A stretch of DNA of 64,000 bases from an uncultured Actinomycetota bacterium. GTDB lineage: Bacteria > Actinomycetota > Actinomycetes > JAHEKZ01. Shown here piece after piece: positions 53,225 through 63,746 of the stretch. The stretch covers positions 1,600,001 through 1,664,000 of the forward strand of contig CAWHIJ010000003.1 of NCBI GenBank assembly GCA_963829525.1. Reading direction: 5' to 3'. The translations under genes and the position numbers were made by a program. The notes beneath the pieces are model-generated. The model was not told where the DNA came from and ran no database searches. It worked only from the letters and a program-made list of their open reading frames with translations. Position 1 is the stretch's first letter. The number at the start of each line of letters is the position of its first letter.

Positions 53225-54169
53225 ATGCGCCTGGTCTTCGCCGGGACGCCGAACGTTGCGTGCACGGCACTCGATGCCTTGGTCGGTTCTCGACACCGGG
53301 TCGTCGGGGTGATCACCCGCCCCGACGCCGCGCGCGGTCGCGGGCGCACCCTGACCATGTCGCCGGTCGCCCAGCGAGCGACCGAGCTAGACATTCCCGT
53401 GCTGCGGCCGACGAGCCTCTCCGATCCGTCCGTCGAAGATGACCTCGGAGCGCTCGCACCCGACTGTTGCCCGATCGTCGCCTACGGCGGTCTGGTTCCG
53501 CAACGGCTACTCGAGCTCCCGCCGCATGGGTGGGTCAACCTGCATTTCTCACTGCTTCCGCTGTGGCGCGGCGCCGCCCCCGTGCAGCACGCCGTCCTGC
53601 ACGGCGATGCCGTCACCGGCGCCTCGACCTTTCGACTCACTGCCGGGCTCGACACGGGGCCGGTCTACGGAACGGTCACCGAGTCAGTCGCACCGTCGGA
53701 CACATCGGGGGAGCTGCTCAGCCGGCTTGCCACAGCGGGCGCCGAGCTCTTGCTTCGGACGCTCGACGGGATTGAGGACGGTCAATTGCTTCCGATTGAG
53801 CAGCCAGGCGAGGGAGTCAGCTTCGCGCCGAAGCTCAGCGCCCGTGACGCGAGGGTGCGTTGGTCTGAGCCGGCCCTGGCCGTCGACCGGCGGATCCGTG
53901 CGTGCACGCCCGACCCTGGGGCATGGACCGAGTACGCAGGAGACCGCCTCGGGTTGCTGCCGATAGTGGCGCCCTCGGGGGCAGGTCAGCTGCCTGACCT
54001 GGGTGACCTCGCACCCGGAGTCGTGCAGGTGACCAAGCGAGCGGTCTTTGTCGGGACGGGCTCCTTTCCGGTCCAGCTGGGGCAGGTCAGGCCGGCCGGA
54101 AAGAAGACCATGGACTCCGCCGACTGGGCGCGCGGTGTGCGGCTGGCCGACGGGGCGAGGCTTCAGTGA
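53225..54169 (+). CDS. fmt: Methionyl-tRNA formyltransferase
   Basis: [25 protein letters not shown]. Confidence 0.97.
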   Translation: MRLVFAGTPNVACTALDALVGSRHRVVGVITRPDAARGRGRTLTMSPVAQRATELDIPVLRPTSLSDPSVEDDLGALAPDCCPIVAYGGLVPQRLLELPPHGWVNLHFSLLPLWRGAAPVQHAVLHGDAVTGASTFRLTAGLDTGPVYGTVTESVAPSDTSGELLSRLATAGAELLLRTLDGIEDGQLLPIEQPGEGVSFAPKLSARDARVRWSEPALAVDRRIRACTPDPGAWTEYAGDRLGLLPIVAPSGAGQLPDLGDLAPGVVQVTKRAVFVGTGSFPVQLGQVRPAGKKTMDSADWARGVRLADGARLQ

Positions 54170-55578
54170 ACAAGCGCACCGCTGCCCCGAGCCAGGTGGA
54201 TCGACCGCGTCGGGTGGCATTTGAAGTTCTTCGAGCGGTCAGTGAGAGCGGGGCCTACGCCAACCTGCTGCTTCCCGAACGGCTGCGCGCAGTGGGACTG
54301 ACCGGACGAGATGCGGCGTTTGCGACCGAGCTCACCTACGGAACACTTCGGCGCCGCGGCAGCTACGACGCCATTGCGGCTGCGGTCATCGACCGACCTT
54401 GGGCAGACGTCGACCGCCCCATTCAGGACCTGTTGCGCCTCGGCGCTCACCAGTTGTTGGGGATGAACGTGGCGACCCATGCGGCGGTCACCACAACGGT
54501 TGATCTCGCGAAGGCCGAGATCGGACGCGCCAGGGCTGGCTTCGTCAACGCCGTGTTGCGACGCATCGGGGCGCGCACCTACGACGGGTGGGTGGTCCAT
54601 TTGGTGGGTGGCCAGGACCCCATGACTCGTGAAGTTCTCGGGCTCCGCTATTCACACCCGGAATGGCTCGTCGAGGCGTTCGGCCGGGCGCTGGCCGCTC
54701 GCGGACGTCCGCCAGAGGAACTCCCCGATCTGCTCGCCGCCGACAACGTCGCGCCGGAGGTGACACTCGTCGCCCGCCCCGGTCGCTGCACCCAGGCCGA
54801 ACTCGTCGATGCGGGCGCACGTCCTGGCCGATGGTCTCCGATGGCTGCGATCTGGCCCTCAGGAGATCCCGGCGCGCTGACTGCTGTGAAGACTCATCGC
54901 GCAGGGGTTCAGGACGAGGGAAGCCAGATGGTCGCGGCCGCGCTGGTCGCTGCACCGCTCCTCGTGCCCGATGGCGCTCTGCCGATGGGTGCCGAGCGGT
55001 GGCTCGACATGTGTGCCGGACCAGGTGGGAAGGCGGCGCTCTTGGCTGCCCTGGCGCGGCAGCAAAAAGCTTCTCTTCAGGCGTGGGAGCTGCTGCCGCA
55101 TCGAGCGCGGTTGGTGACGCAGACGGTGGGGGAGGGCGTTGAGGTTCGGGTTGTCGACGCAGGAGACCCGCGGCGCGTGAGGGAAGCAGCTGGCGGCTTC
55201 GACCGGGTGCTTCTTGACGCACCATGTTCAGGGGCCGGAGCCCTGCGTCGGCGTCCTGAGGCGCGGTGGCGCAAGCAACCCGAAGACCTACCAGCCCTGG
55301 TAGCGGGTCAGCGCCGACTTCTGGAGAATGCCTTCCGACTCGTCCGCCCCGGCGGTGTCGTGGGATACGTCACCTGCTCCCCACTGCTGGCTGAGACCAG
55401 CGGGGTTGTTCAGGCAGTTCTGGCCGAACACGAAGGCATCGAGCAGATCGACGCGAGGCCGCTCCTGCCCGGTCTACCGTCGGGCGTGGGGCCGGGGCCC
55501 GATGTTCAGCTCTGGCCACACCTGCACGGAACCGATGCGATGTACCTGTCGTTGCTCCGCGTGAATACCGCGGTTTGA
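54166..55578 (+). CDS. rsmB: 16S rRNA m5C methyltransferase RsmB/Sun (NusB-like N-terminus)
   Basis: [39 protein letters not shown]. Confidence 0.93.
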   Translation: MNKRTAAPSQVDRPRRVAFEVLRAVSESGAYANLLLPERLRAVGLTGRDAAFATELTYGTLRRRGSYDAIAAAVIDRPWADVDRPIQDLLRLGAHQLLGMNVATHAAVTTTVDLAKAEIGRARAGFVNAVLRRIGARTYDGWVVHLVGGQDPMTREVLGLRYSHPEWLVEAFGRALAARGRPPEELPDLLAADNVAPEVTLVARPGRCTQAELVDAGARPGRWSPMAAIWPSGDPGALTAVKTHRAGVQDEGSQMVAAALVAAPLLVPDGALPMGAERWLDMCAGPGGKAALLAALARQQKASLQAWELLPHRARLVTQTVGEGVEVRVVDAGDPRRVREAAGGFDRVLLDAPCSGAGALRRRPEARWRKQPEDLPALVAGQRRLLENAFRLVRPGGVVGYVTCSPLLAETSGVVQAVLAEHEGIEQIDARPLLPGLPSGVGPGPDVQLWPHLHGTDAMYLSLLRVNTAV

Positions 55579-55581
55579 CGT

Positions 55582-56817
55582 TCAGGCCACCTCGGCGGTC
55601 GAGCAGAGCACGCGGTTCTTGCCGGCACGTTTTGCCTTCAGCAGCTGTTCGTCAGCACTGCGGACGAGCTGGGAGACCTCACGTGCAGTACCTGTCGTCG
55701 AGATGCCGAAGCTGGCGGTCACGGCGATTCCCTCGACGACGGCGTTCCAGTCGTGTTGTGCGAGGGTGCAGCGCATGCGGTCGCAGACCGTGACAGCTTC
55801 CTCCGACGAGGTACCCGGCATGAGGAGGGCGAACTCTTCGCCACCCATCCGGACGAGCTCGTCAGATCCACGGATCGCGCTGGCGAGCACAATGGCGGCC
55901 TGTTGGAGCACCTGGTCACCGACCAAGTGCGTGTACCGATCGTTGATGCGTTTGAAATCATCGAGGTCGATGATGGCCACACTCAAGGGATGTCCACTGC
56001 GATTTGCGTAGCGGAACATGCGATCGATCGTCTCGTCCATGTGACGCCGGTTGTGGAGGCCGGTGAGGGAGTCTCGAACGGACAACTCGGCCAGCTGCGC
56101 GCTCAGGCGCTGCTCGCGTTGGAGGGCACCGGCCAGTTCGGTGGTGCGCGAACGAACTCGAGCCTCGAGCTCGCTGTTGACGACCTGGAGCTCATCGGCC
56201 AGACGCTGGGACTCCATCCTGGTCTGGTTGACATCGTGGAAGGCGCTGTCGATGACAACGGTCAGAACGACCGCTGCAGCACCGAGAATCGCCAGCAAGA
56301 TGGTCGCGTAGATGGTGAGGTCGTCGATCCCGAGCTGGAGATCGGAGGCCGTTCGGCTGACCACCATCAGATCCAGCATGGCGATACCCGTCGCGGCCAG
56401 CACGTGACGGGCGGGAAGTACCACGGCCGCCATGACTGGAATCACTGTGACGAAGAGCACGTCAGCCGGGAAAGGTTTATCACCTGGGAGAAAGCCGTTG
56501 AGCGGAACCAGGATGAAGTACGACAGGAAGACCCACGCTGCCAGCGTGAAGTGGGCCCGGCTCACCAGCGTGCGAATGGTGGCGTAGTAGACGAGGCCGA
56601 TGAGCACGATGGGGACGTTGCGTCCAGGGTTGGGCAGGGCAACGGCGACAAAGATGCTCAAGGGGATGGCGGCGATTGCGAGTGCGGTCGCAACACCGAG
56701 GAGGGTCCTCGCTCGGCGGCGTTCGGCTCCGATCGCACCTGGCGGAAGAGCAAGTAAGCGCTCGGACCACTGTCGTCCGGCGCGCATCGCCTCACCCTGC
56801 CGGGCCCCGCCCCCCAT
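55582..56817 (-). CDS. Membrane-bound diguanylate cyclase (GGEEF, RxxD I-site)
   Basis: About six TM segments, coiled coil, D.LTGLHNRR, DLDDFK.IND, RGSD-x5-GGEEF. Confidence 0.93.
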   Translation of the reverse strand: MGGGARQGEAMRAGRQWSERLLALPPGAIGAERRRARTLLGVATALAIAAIPLSIFVAVALPNPGRNVPIVLIGLVYYATIRTLVSRAHFTLAAWVFLSYFILVPLNGFLPGDKPFPADVLFVTVIPVMAAVVLPARHVLAATGIAMLDLMVVSRTASDLQLGIDDLTIYATILLAILGAAAVVLTVVIDSAFHDVNQTRMESQRLADELQVVNSELEARVRSRTTELAGALQREQRLSAQLAELSVRDSLTGLHNRRHMDETIDRMFRYANRSGHPLSVAIIDLDDFKRINDRYTHLVGDQVLQQAAIVLASAIRGSDELVRMGGEEFALLMPGTSSEEAVTVCDRMRCTLAQHDWNAVVEGIAVTASFGISTTGTAREVSQLVRSADEQLLKAKRAGKNRVLCSTAEVA

Positions 56818-56853
56818 GCCATCCCTCTCTCTGTAGTCACATGGTGACGGAAA

Positions 56854-57834
56854 GTGATCAAAGATGCCAGCATTCCGGGTGGTGAGTGTCCTGAGCTAGT
56901 CGGCAGACGGAGTCGCTGCGCACCGCTACGCTCCGGCGGTGTGGAGCCCACCTCGCCGCCCGTAGACGCCGGCCGGTCATCGGGTCACCCGGTCGGCGTA
57001 GCCGCCGAAGGGACCGAGGACGACCTGGCGCTCGCCCGCGAGCTGGCTGACGCTGCGGCCGAGGTGACGATGGCAGCGTTCGGCGGACGGCAGCAGGTCC
57101 AGCTCAAACCCGATGCAACGCCCGTGACCGAGGTCGACGCGGCTGCTGAGCTGGCGATTCGAGAGGTGCTCGCGCGGCGGCGTCCTGCCGACGGTGTCCG
57201 AGGGGAGGAAGGCGGCTATGCCCCAGGAACGAGCGGGCGGGTGTGGGTCGTCGACCCGATCGACGGCACCCGGATGTTCGCCGAGGGTGTCCCCTTGTGG
57301 ACCACTCTCATCGCGCTGCGGGTCGGGGAGGATGTAGGCGGGACAATCTTGGTCGGAGTCGCCGATGCACCTGCTCTTGGCGAGCGCTACCACGCGGCTC
57401 GGGGGGCGGGTGCTTGGTGCAACGATCGGGCGATCGGGGTGTCGGCGGTCAGCCGTCTCGACGAGTCTTTCGTGCTGCACGCCGCGCTCGAGGAATTCGG
57501 CCGACCCGCGGGAACGGGCGTCGAGGCGCTGCACCGCGTCGTTGGTGGCGCCCGCGCCAGCCGCGGAATCGGTGACGGTTGGGCGCACCTGCTTGTTGCA
57601 CGGGGCGCCGCCGAAGCCCTGGTCGAGCAAGGGCCGTGCTTTGAGTGGGACTGGGCGGCGACCAGCGTCATCGTCGAGGAGGCCGGTGGCCAGGTCACCC
57701 GGCTGGAGGGAGGGCCACCAGTCGACGGTGGGCACTTGCTGGTGACGAACGGACGCATCGATGCTGAGGTGCGTGCGGCATTGGGTATCGACCCCGACTC
57801 GCACAGCGCCCGTAACCCCCGCCCCGGGGTGTGA
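56854..57834 (+). CDS. Inositol monophosphatase family, HisN-like phosphatase
   Basis: KPD.TPVT..D..AE, GEE, WVVDPIDGT, WD.AA..EEAGG; true start probably later (about 56941-56998). Confidence 0.88.
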   Translation: MIKDASIPGGECPELVGRRSRCAPLRSGGVEPTSPPVDAGRSSGHPVGVAAEGTEDDLALARELADAAAEVTMAAFGGRQQVQLKPDATPVTEVDAAAELAIREVLARRRPADGVRGEEGGYAPGTSGRVWVVDPIDGTRMFAEGVPLWTTLIALRVGEDVGGTILVGVADAPALGERYHAARGAGAWCNDRAIGVSAVSRLDESFVLHAALEEFGRPAGTGVEALHRVVGGARASRGIGDGWAHLLVARGAAEALVEQGPCFEWDWAATSVIVEEAGGQVTRLEGGPPVDGGHLLVTNGRIDAEVRAALGIDPDSHSARNPRPGV

Positions 57835-57842
57835 GCTGACCG

Positions 57843-58643
57843 ATGCGAGCAACCGGGGCTGTCGAACGGGTGGCCGATGTCTTGGAACTGCTGGGTGCAG
57901 CGCGTGCCCCGTTGGGCGTCACCGAAGTGGCGCGCCAGCTCGACGTGCACAAGGCAACTGCCTCCCGGCTCCTTGGCACGCTGGCCGAACGCGGGCTGGT
58001 GCGACGCGACCGAGCCGGTTATCGGCTCGGACCCCGCTTGGCCCGGTTGGCAGTTGACGCCGTCACCGACCTTGGCGTCGTTGAGGTCTCACGCCCGGTC
58101 CTTCGCGACCTGGCGTCAGCCACCGGCGAGGTTGCGTACCTCTCACTGCCCATGGGGCGTGCGGTGCTCTACGTCGAGCATGTCGCGGCCACGCGCGGGG
58201 CCACCGAGGAGCCCTGGATCTGGCTGCGCGGGAGCCCGCTGCACTGCTCGTCCAGCGGGAAGATCTTCGCCGCCTATGGTGCCATCGCCGATCTCGACGC
58301 GGCCTTGCAGCCGCCGTTGTCACAGCGCGCCAGCCGCACCATCAGTGACCCGCAGCAGTTTCGTCGGCTGTTGCCAGCAGTGCGCAAGCAGGGGTACGCC
58401 ACATCCGTCGATGAGCTCGAGGACGGCATGTCGTCCGTGGCCGTTCCGGTCATGGCACCGGAGGGCTCGGTGCTTGCGGCGATCGGTGTGGCCGGGCCAA
58501 GCGCCCGACTCACGGAGGCGCGGCTGAAGACAGTCAGTGTTTCTGCGCGGTCGGCAGCAGGAGTGCTGACCCGGAGGGCCACACCCCTGCTCGCCCAGAG
58601 CAACGAACCGATTGCACCTGCCAATGGCCGGCCGATCACCTGA
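57843..58643 (+). CDS. IclR-family transcriptional regulator
   Basis: HTH LGVTEVARQL.V.KATASRLL.TL, LHCSSSGK, VR.QGYA. Confidence 0.93.
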   Translation: MRATGAVERVADVLELLGAARAPLGVTEVARQLDVHKATASRLLGTLAERGLVRRDRAGYRLGPRLARLAVDAVTDLGVVEVSRPVLRDLASATGEVAYLSLPMGRAVLYVEHVAATRGATEEPWIWLRGSPLHCSSSGKIFAAYGAIADLDAALQPPLSQRASRTISDPQQFRRLLPAVRKQGYATSVDELEDGMSSVAVPVMAPEGSVLAAIGVAGPSARLTEARLKTVSVSARSAAGVLTRRATPLLAQSNEPIAPANGRPIT

Positions 58644-58677
58644 CCAGCGAACAATCACCTGACCAGCGACCAATCAC
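58635..58677. repeat. 19-bp tandem duplication ATCACCTGACCAGCGA(A/C)CA x2.3 across the IclR stop
   Basis: Read directly. Confidence 0.85.
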
Positions 58678-58686
58678 GAGGACGAG

Positions 58687-59721
58687 ATGAGTGCATATGT
58701 GGCGATTGGTGAACCAGCGCTCGGTGACCAGCATCCCGATCCGATCAACGGCGTGAACCCCTTCAACGCGCCGGGAGAGTGGCTGCGCTGTGCCCTTCAC
58801 ACGCACAGCACGGTCAGCGACGGGACCCTGTCACCGGAGCACCTCGTGATGGCTTACGAGGAGCAAGGGTTCGATGTCGTCGCCATCACTGATCACTGGC
58901 GACTGGCCCATGTTCCCTCCACCGCAAGGGTTCTCACCATCCCTGCGGCTGAGCTGGGCTGGGACATCGACCACCCGCACTACCCGCGACAGAGCGCTGA
59001 GTTCCTCGTCTACGGGATTGACCACATCCCAGACGACCCCGAAGGTGATCGCGCCAACTGGTACACCAACGCGGAGGAGAACTACGAGGTACGCACCTTC
59101 CCCGACTTGACGTCAGGCGTGAGTTGGGCCGAGACCATGGGCGCCGTCGTCTACGTGGCGCACCCTTACTGGACCCAGCTGCCGCTCGATGACCTTCTGG
59201 CTCAAGAGGGGTTCGCCGGGATTGAGGTCTTCAACGGCTCCTGCCATGAGGAGACCGGGCGTGGTGACTCCTCAGTGTGGTGGGACGCCCTGCTGGCGCG
59301 TGGGCGAAGGGCATTCGGAATCGGCACGGACGACCAGCACTATCCGCTCTTCGAGCTTGGGACCGGGTGGACGATGGTGCGTGCCGCCGAACGCAGTCAG
59401 GAAGCGGTGTTGGCCGCGTTGCGCGACGGCATGGCGTACTTCTCACATGGCCCAACGATTCGCCATATCGAGGTGATCGACGGTGCTGTGGAGGTGGAGT
59501 GCTCATCGGCGCGGTCGGTGCTGCTGCAGGGCGAGGAGGAGCTAGGCCTGGCCGTCACCGTCGGTCGCGGCGGACGCCGCCAAGGTCAGGTGCTGTCCAC
59601 CGATGACCGCGGACTGATTACGTCGGTACGCTTCGACACGTCGTCTTATGCTCCGTCGCGGTACCGCCGAGTTTCGGTGGTCGATGCCGAAGGGCGCCGC
59701 GCTTGGAGCAACCCCCTCTAG
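58687..59721 (+). CDS. PHP-domain metallohydrolase (CehA/McbA-like)
   Basis: LHTHST.SDG, AITDH, AHPYW, IEVFN, TDDQH, AWSNP. Confidence 0.87.
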   Translation: MSAYVAIGEPALGDQHPDPINGVNPFNAPGEWLRCALHTHSTVSDGTLSPEHLVMAYEEQGFDVVAITDHWRLAHVPSTARVLTIPAAELGWDIDHPHYPRQSAEFLVYGIDHIPDDPEGDRANWYTNAEENYEVRTFPDLTSGVSWAETMGAVVYVAHPYWTQLPLDDLLAQEGFAGIEVFNGSCHEETGRGDSSVWWDALLARGRRAFGIGTDDQHYPLFELGTGWTMVRAAERSQEAVLAALRDGMAYFSHGPTIRHIEVIDGAVEVECSSARSVLLQGEEELGLAVTVGRGGRRQGQVLSTDDRGLITSVRFDTSSYAPSRYRRVSVVDAEGRRAWSNPL

Positions 59722-59782
59722 CGGCTCCCGAGCGCACAGCTGGTTGACGCCTCGGAGCAGCGAGTGCGCCTAGACTGCGTAC

Positions 59783-60454
59783 GTGGGTATCCAGATCTCG
59801 CCAAGCATCCTGTCGGCCGACTTCGCTCGGTTGGAAGCTGAGGTCGCCTCGATCGCCGACGTTGCCGACTGGGTCCACGTCGACGTCATGGACAACCACT
59901 TCGTGCCCAACCTGACGCTTGGCCTCCCGATCGTCGAGTCGCTGCACAAGGTGTCGTCGCTGCCCCTCGACTGTCATCTGATGATCGAGGACCCCGACAG
60001 ATGGGCCACTGCCTACGCCGAGGCTGGAGCTGGTTCGGTGACTTTCCACGTGGAAGCCGTGCATGCACCGGTGCGCTTGGCGCGCGAGCTCCGGGCGCTT
60101 GGCTGCAGGGCCGGTATGGGTCTGAAGCCGGCGACCGCCATCGAGCCCTATGCCGACCTTCTTCCTGAGCTCGACATGATCCTGCTGATGACCGTCGAAC
60201 CCGGTTTTGGTGGCCAGGCCTTCCTTGACGTGGTCCTCCCCAAGATCGCTCGCACCCGTCAGCTGCTTCGGGACCGCGACTCGTCGGTGTGGCTTCAGGT
60301 CGACGGTGGCATTTCAGCGTCGACGATCGAACGGGCCGCCGAGGCCGGCGCAGATGTCTTCGTGGCCGGGTCGGCCGTCTTCAATGCTGACGACCCAGGT
60401 GCTGTCGTCTCTCACCTCCGAGCCTCGGCCGAGGCTGTTGCTGTGAGAGACTAG
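59783..60454 (+). CDS. rpe: Ribulose-phosphate 3-epimerase
   Basis: [37 protein letters not shown]. Confidence 0.97.
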   Translation: MGIQISPSILSADFARLEAEVASIADVADWVHVDVMDNHFVPNLTLGLPIVESLHKVSSLPLDCHLMIEDPDRWATAYAEAGAGSVTFHVEAVHAPVRLARELRALGCRAGMGLKPATAIEPYADLLPELDMILLMTVEPGFGGQAFLDVVLPKIARTRQLLRDRDSSVWLQVDGGISASTIERAAEAGADVFVAGSAVFNADDPGAVVSHLRASAEAVAVRD

Positions 60455-60466
60455 AGGTCAGTAACA

Positions 60467-60594
60467 ACGCACGCTCCGGGGTCGGTGCAACTCCGAACCG
60501 GCGGTGAAAGCCCGCGACCCGGCCGCATCCAGCGGTCGGTTGACTTGGTGAAACTCCGAGGCCGACGGTGAAAGTCCGGATGAGAGGCGCGTGC
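60467..60594 (+). ncRNA. FMN riboswitch (RFN element)
   Basis: CTCCGGGGTCGGTGCAACTCCGAACCGGCGGT..AGCCCGCGA...GGTGAAACTCC..GCCGACGGT.AAAGTCCGGATGAGAG, upstream of ribD. Confidence 0.95.
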
Positions 60595-60730
60595 AGCCGG
60601 CCACCTGGCCGGTGGTGGTCCCCGCGATGTCGGGGTCGCTGGTGTGAATACACCTCGACAACGCGATGGCCACCTCGCCTGCTGCCAGATGCTGTGCCCC
60701 CCGGAGCCCGATTGCCTCAAGGAGACGGGC

Positions 60731-61849
60731 GTGGTCGGTACGGCAAGCACCACAGAGCACGCGGCGATGGCGCGTGCGATCTCCCTTGCCCGGACGCCGG
60801 GCGTCCGCACTCACCCGAACCCTCGAGTCGGCGCTGTGCTCCTTGATGCTTCTGGTGTCGAGATCGGCTCGGGTCTCCACCGCGGCGCCGGCATGCCACA
60901 TGCCGAGGTCGAGGCATTGGCGCAGGCGGGCGACTTGGCGCGAGGCGCGACTGTGATCGTCACCCTTGAGCCCTGTAACCACACCGGTCGGACCGGACCC
61001 TGCAGCGAGGCCCTCATCAAAGCCGGCGTCGCTCGAGTGGTCTACGGGCAGCCCGACCCCAATTTGCTGGCCCGTGGTGGCGCGGGCGTCCTGGCTGCAG
61101 CTGGCATCGAGGTGGAGGGTGGTGTGCTGGTCGCGGAAGCACGTTCACTTAACCCTGTCTGGTCGTTCGCCATGGAGCATCGGCGGCCACTCGTCACATG
61201 GAAGTTCGCCGCGACGCTGGACGGCCGAGTCGCTGCGACCGACCGAACCAGCCGATGGATCAGCAGCGCTGAGTCGCGCGCCGAAGTGCATCGGCTGCGC
61301 GCCGAGGTCGATGCGGTCGTCGTCGGTACCGGCACGGTCCTTGCCGATGACCCGCGGCTGAACGCCAGAGACAAGGGTGACGTTCCCTCGCGGCTGCAAC
61401 CCCTGCGTGTCGTCGTTGGTGAGCGTGATCTACCGGCAAACGCACGTGTTCTTGACGAGTCGGCTGACACACTCCTGTTTGCGACCCACGACGTCAGCAG
61501 CGTGCTTGACGATCTCTTCGCCCGCGACGTTCACCATGTTCTCCTCGAAGGGGGACCCACCCTTGCGGCCGCGTTCTTGCGGGCCGATCTGGTCGATCAG
61601 GTGGTTGGGTATGTAGGCCCACGGCTCCTCGGCGCCGGACCAGCAGTCATGGGGGAACTTGATATCGACACAATCTCCGATGCGCTCGAGCTCACCATCG
61701 ATGACGTCTGTCTGGTCGGGGGAGACATCCGATGGACCGCTCGGCTCCATGGCTCCGCACCCCGCTTCGACTCCGCACCCCGCTTCGACTCCGCACCCCG
61801 CTTCGACTCCGCACCATCGGCTCGATCCCGCATCGAAGGGAACTTCTAA
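60731..61849 (+). CDS. ribD: Riboflavin biosynthesis deaminase/reductase
   Basis: PNPRVGAV, HAEV, LEPCNH.GRT.PC, SRWIS, EGGPTL; SD AGGAG. Confidence 0.96.
   Translation: MVGTASTTEHAAMARAISLARTPGVRTHPNPRVGAVLLDASGVEIGSGLHRGAGMPHAEVEALAQAGDLARGATVIVTLEPCNHTGRTGPCSEALIKAGVARVVYGQPDPNLLARGGAGVLAAAGIEVEGGVLVAEARSLNPVWSFAMEHRRPLVTWKFAATLDGRVAATDRTSRWISSAESRAEVHRLRAEVDAVVVGTGTVLADDPRLNARDKGDVPSRLQPLRVVVGERDLPANARVLDESADTLLFATHDVSSVLDDLFARDVHHVLLEGGPTLAAAFLRADLVDQVVGYVGPRLLGAGPAVMGELDIDTISDALELTIDDVCLVGGDIRWTARLHGSAPRFDSAPRFDSAPRFDSAPSARSRIEGNF
61753..61815 (+). repeat. 18-bp tandem repeat CTCCGCACCCCGCTTCGA x3.5 (SAPRFD)
   Basis: Three identical units in the ribD C-terminal tail. Confidence 0.92.
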
Positions 61850-62445
61850 TGTTCACCGGAATCGTCGAGGAACTCGGTCACATCGTGGCCATCGAGCGGG
61901 GCCAAGCGTCGGCGACTTTGCGTGTCCGTGGAGCAGTGGTGACGTCTGATGCCGGACTCGGTGACTCGATCGCCGTCAACGGGGTCTGCTTGACGGTCAC
62001 AGCACTAAGCGATGATGAATTCGCTGCTGACGTGATGCAGGAGACGTTGCTTCGCTCCAGCCTGGGGGCGCTGCAGCCAGGGTCGCCGGTCAACCTCGAG
62101 CGCCCGCTGACCCTGGCCAGCCGACTCGGTGGGCACCTCGTCCAGGGACACGTTGACGCCACCGCTCGCCTGCTTCGGCGGACTCCCGGTGAGAACTGGG
62201 AAGTGGTGCGCTTCGAGCTGCCCGCGAACGTGTCTCGTTATGTGGTTGAGAAGGGGTCGATCACCGTCGACGGGGTGTCTCTGACTGTGTCTGAAATCGA
62301 TGGCGACTGGTTCGCTGTGAGCCTGATTCCGACAACGCTTGAGCTCACGACGCTGGGAAGCAAGAAGCCAGGGGATCTGGTCAACCTCGAAGTTGACGTC
62401 ATTGCCAAGTACGTCGAGCGGATGCTGCCGGGAGGCCAGTCATGA
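61849..62445 (+). CDS. ribE: Riboflavin synthase alpha chain
   Basis: [35 protein letters not shown]. Confidence 0.97.
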   Translation: MFTGIVEELGHIVAIERGQASATLRVRGAVVTSDAGLGDSIAVNGVCLTVTALSDDEFAADVMQETLLRSSLGALQPGSPVNLERPLTLASRLGGHLVQGHVDATARLLRRTPGENWEVVRFELPANVSRYVVEKGSITVDGVSLTVSEIDGDWFAVSLIPTTLELTTLGSKKPGDLVNLEVDVIAKYVERMLPGGQS

Positions 62446-63746
62446 CAACGAACGATTCGCATGGGGGAGCCGCTGAGGTGGTCGTTCGGCTTGATTCCAT
62501 CGAACAGGCGGTCGCCGACATCGCAGCCGGTCGTGCCGTCGTCGTGGTCGATGACGAAGACCGCGAGAACGAGGGTGACTTGATCTTCGCCGCGCAACGC
62601 GCCACCCCCGAGCTGGCCGGTTTCATGATCCGGCACACCTCCGGGGTGATCTGCGTCGCGATGGCCGGGTCTGACCTCGACCGGCTGTCGCTGCCCCCCA
62701 TGACGATGGTCAACGAAGACCGAAAGGGGACCGCCTACGCCGTCAGCGTTGACGCCCGCGACGGAGTGACCACGGGCATCTCCGCTTCGGACCGAGCCCA
62801 CACCATCAGGGTGCTGGCCGACACTGCGACTGAGCCGAACGAGATCACCCGTCCTGGCCACGTCTTTCCCCTGCGAGCGGCGATCGGTGGGGTGCTGCGT
62901 CGACCAGGACATACCGAGGCTGCCGTCGACCTCGCCCGAATCGCCGGGCTCACTCCGGCCGGCGCGATCTGCGAGATCGTTCATGACGACGGGTCCCTGA
63001 TGCGCGCACCCCAGCTGCGCGAGTTCGCCGATGATCACGGCCTGACGATGATTTCGATCGCCGACCTGATCGCCTATGTTCGGCGGACCGAGCTGCAGGT
63101 GGAGCGGGTGGCAACCACCGCCCTACCCACCCGCTACGGCGACTTCACCGCTCATGGTTACCGCGACATCATCACCGGGACTGACCACGTTGCTCTCGTC
63201 AACGGAGATCTCGGCGACGGCCACGATGTACTCGTACGCGTGCACTCCGAGTGCCTCACTGGGGATGTCCTTGGGTCAACTCGATGCGACTGTGGCGCCC
63301 AGCTGGCCACAGCCATGCAGCGCGTTGCGGACGAGGGGCGCGGTGTCGTCCTCTACCTGCGTGGGCACGAGGGGCGTGGGATCGGGCTGCTGCACAAGTT
63401 GCGGGCCTACCAGTTGCAGGACGCGGGGGCCGACACGGTTCAGGCCAACCTCGAACTCGGTCTTCCGGCCGATGCCCGCGACTACGGGACCGGCGCCCAG
63501 ATCCTGGCCGACCTGGGTGTCCGCAGCATGCGCCTGCTCACCAACAACCCGACCAAACGCGCAGGCTTGGAGGGGTACGGCCTGACGATCGTCGGCCGTG
63601 AGCCGCTCCCGCCATCTGTAACGGAGGAGAACGTGCGCTATCTGACGACCAAGCGCGACCTGATGGGTCACGAGCTGCCTGACCTCGACCCAGGCCCTGG
63701 TGGTGTTGCTGCGGCCGGCAGCGCGACTCCGGAGAGCCAGCGATGA
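62442..63746 (+). CDS. ribBA: Bifunctional DHBP synthase / GTP cyclohydrolase II
   Basis: [46 protein letters not shown]. Confidence 0.97.
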   Translation: MTTNDSHGGAAEVVVRLDSIEQAVADIAAGRAVVVVDDEDRENEGDLIFAAQRATPELAGFMIRHTSGVICVAMAGSDLDRLSLPPMTMVNEDRKGTAYAVSVDARDGVTTGISASDRAHTIRVLADTATEPNEITRPGHVFPLRAAIGGVLRRPGHTEAAVDLARIAGLTPAGAICEIVHDDGSLMRAPQLREFADDHGLTMISIADLIAYVRRTELQVERVATTALPTRYGDFTAHGYRDIITGTDHVALVNGDLGDGHDVLVRVHSECLTGDVLGSTRCDCGAQLATAMQRVADEGRGVVLYLRGHEGRGIGLLHKLRAYQLQDAGADTVQANLELGLPADARDYGTGAQILADLGVRSMRLLTNNPTKRAGLEGYGLTIVGREPLPPSVTEENVRYLTTKRDLMGHELPDLDPGPGGVAAAGSATPESQR

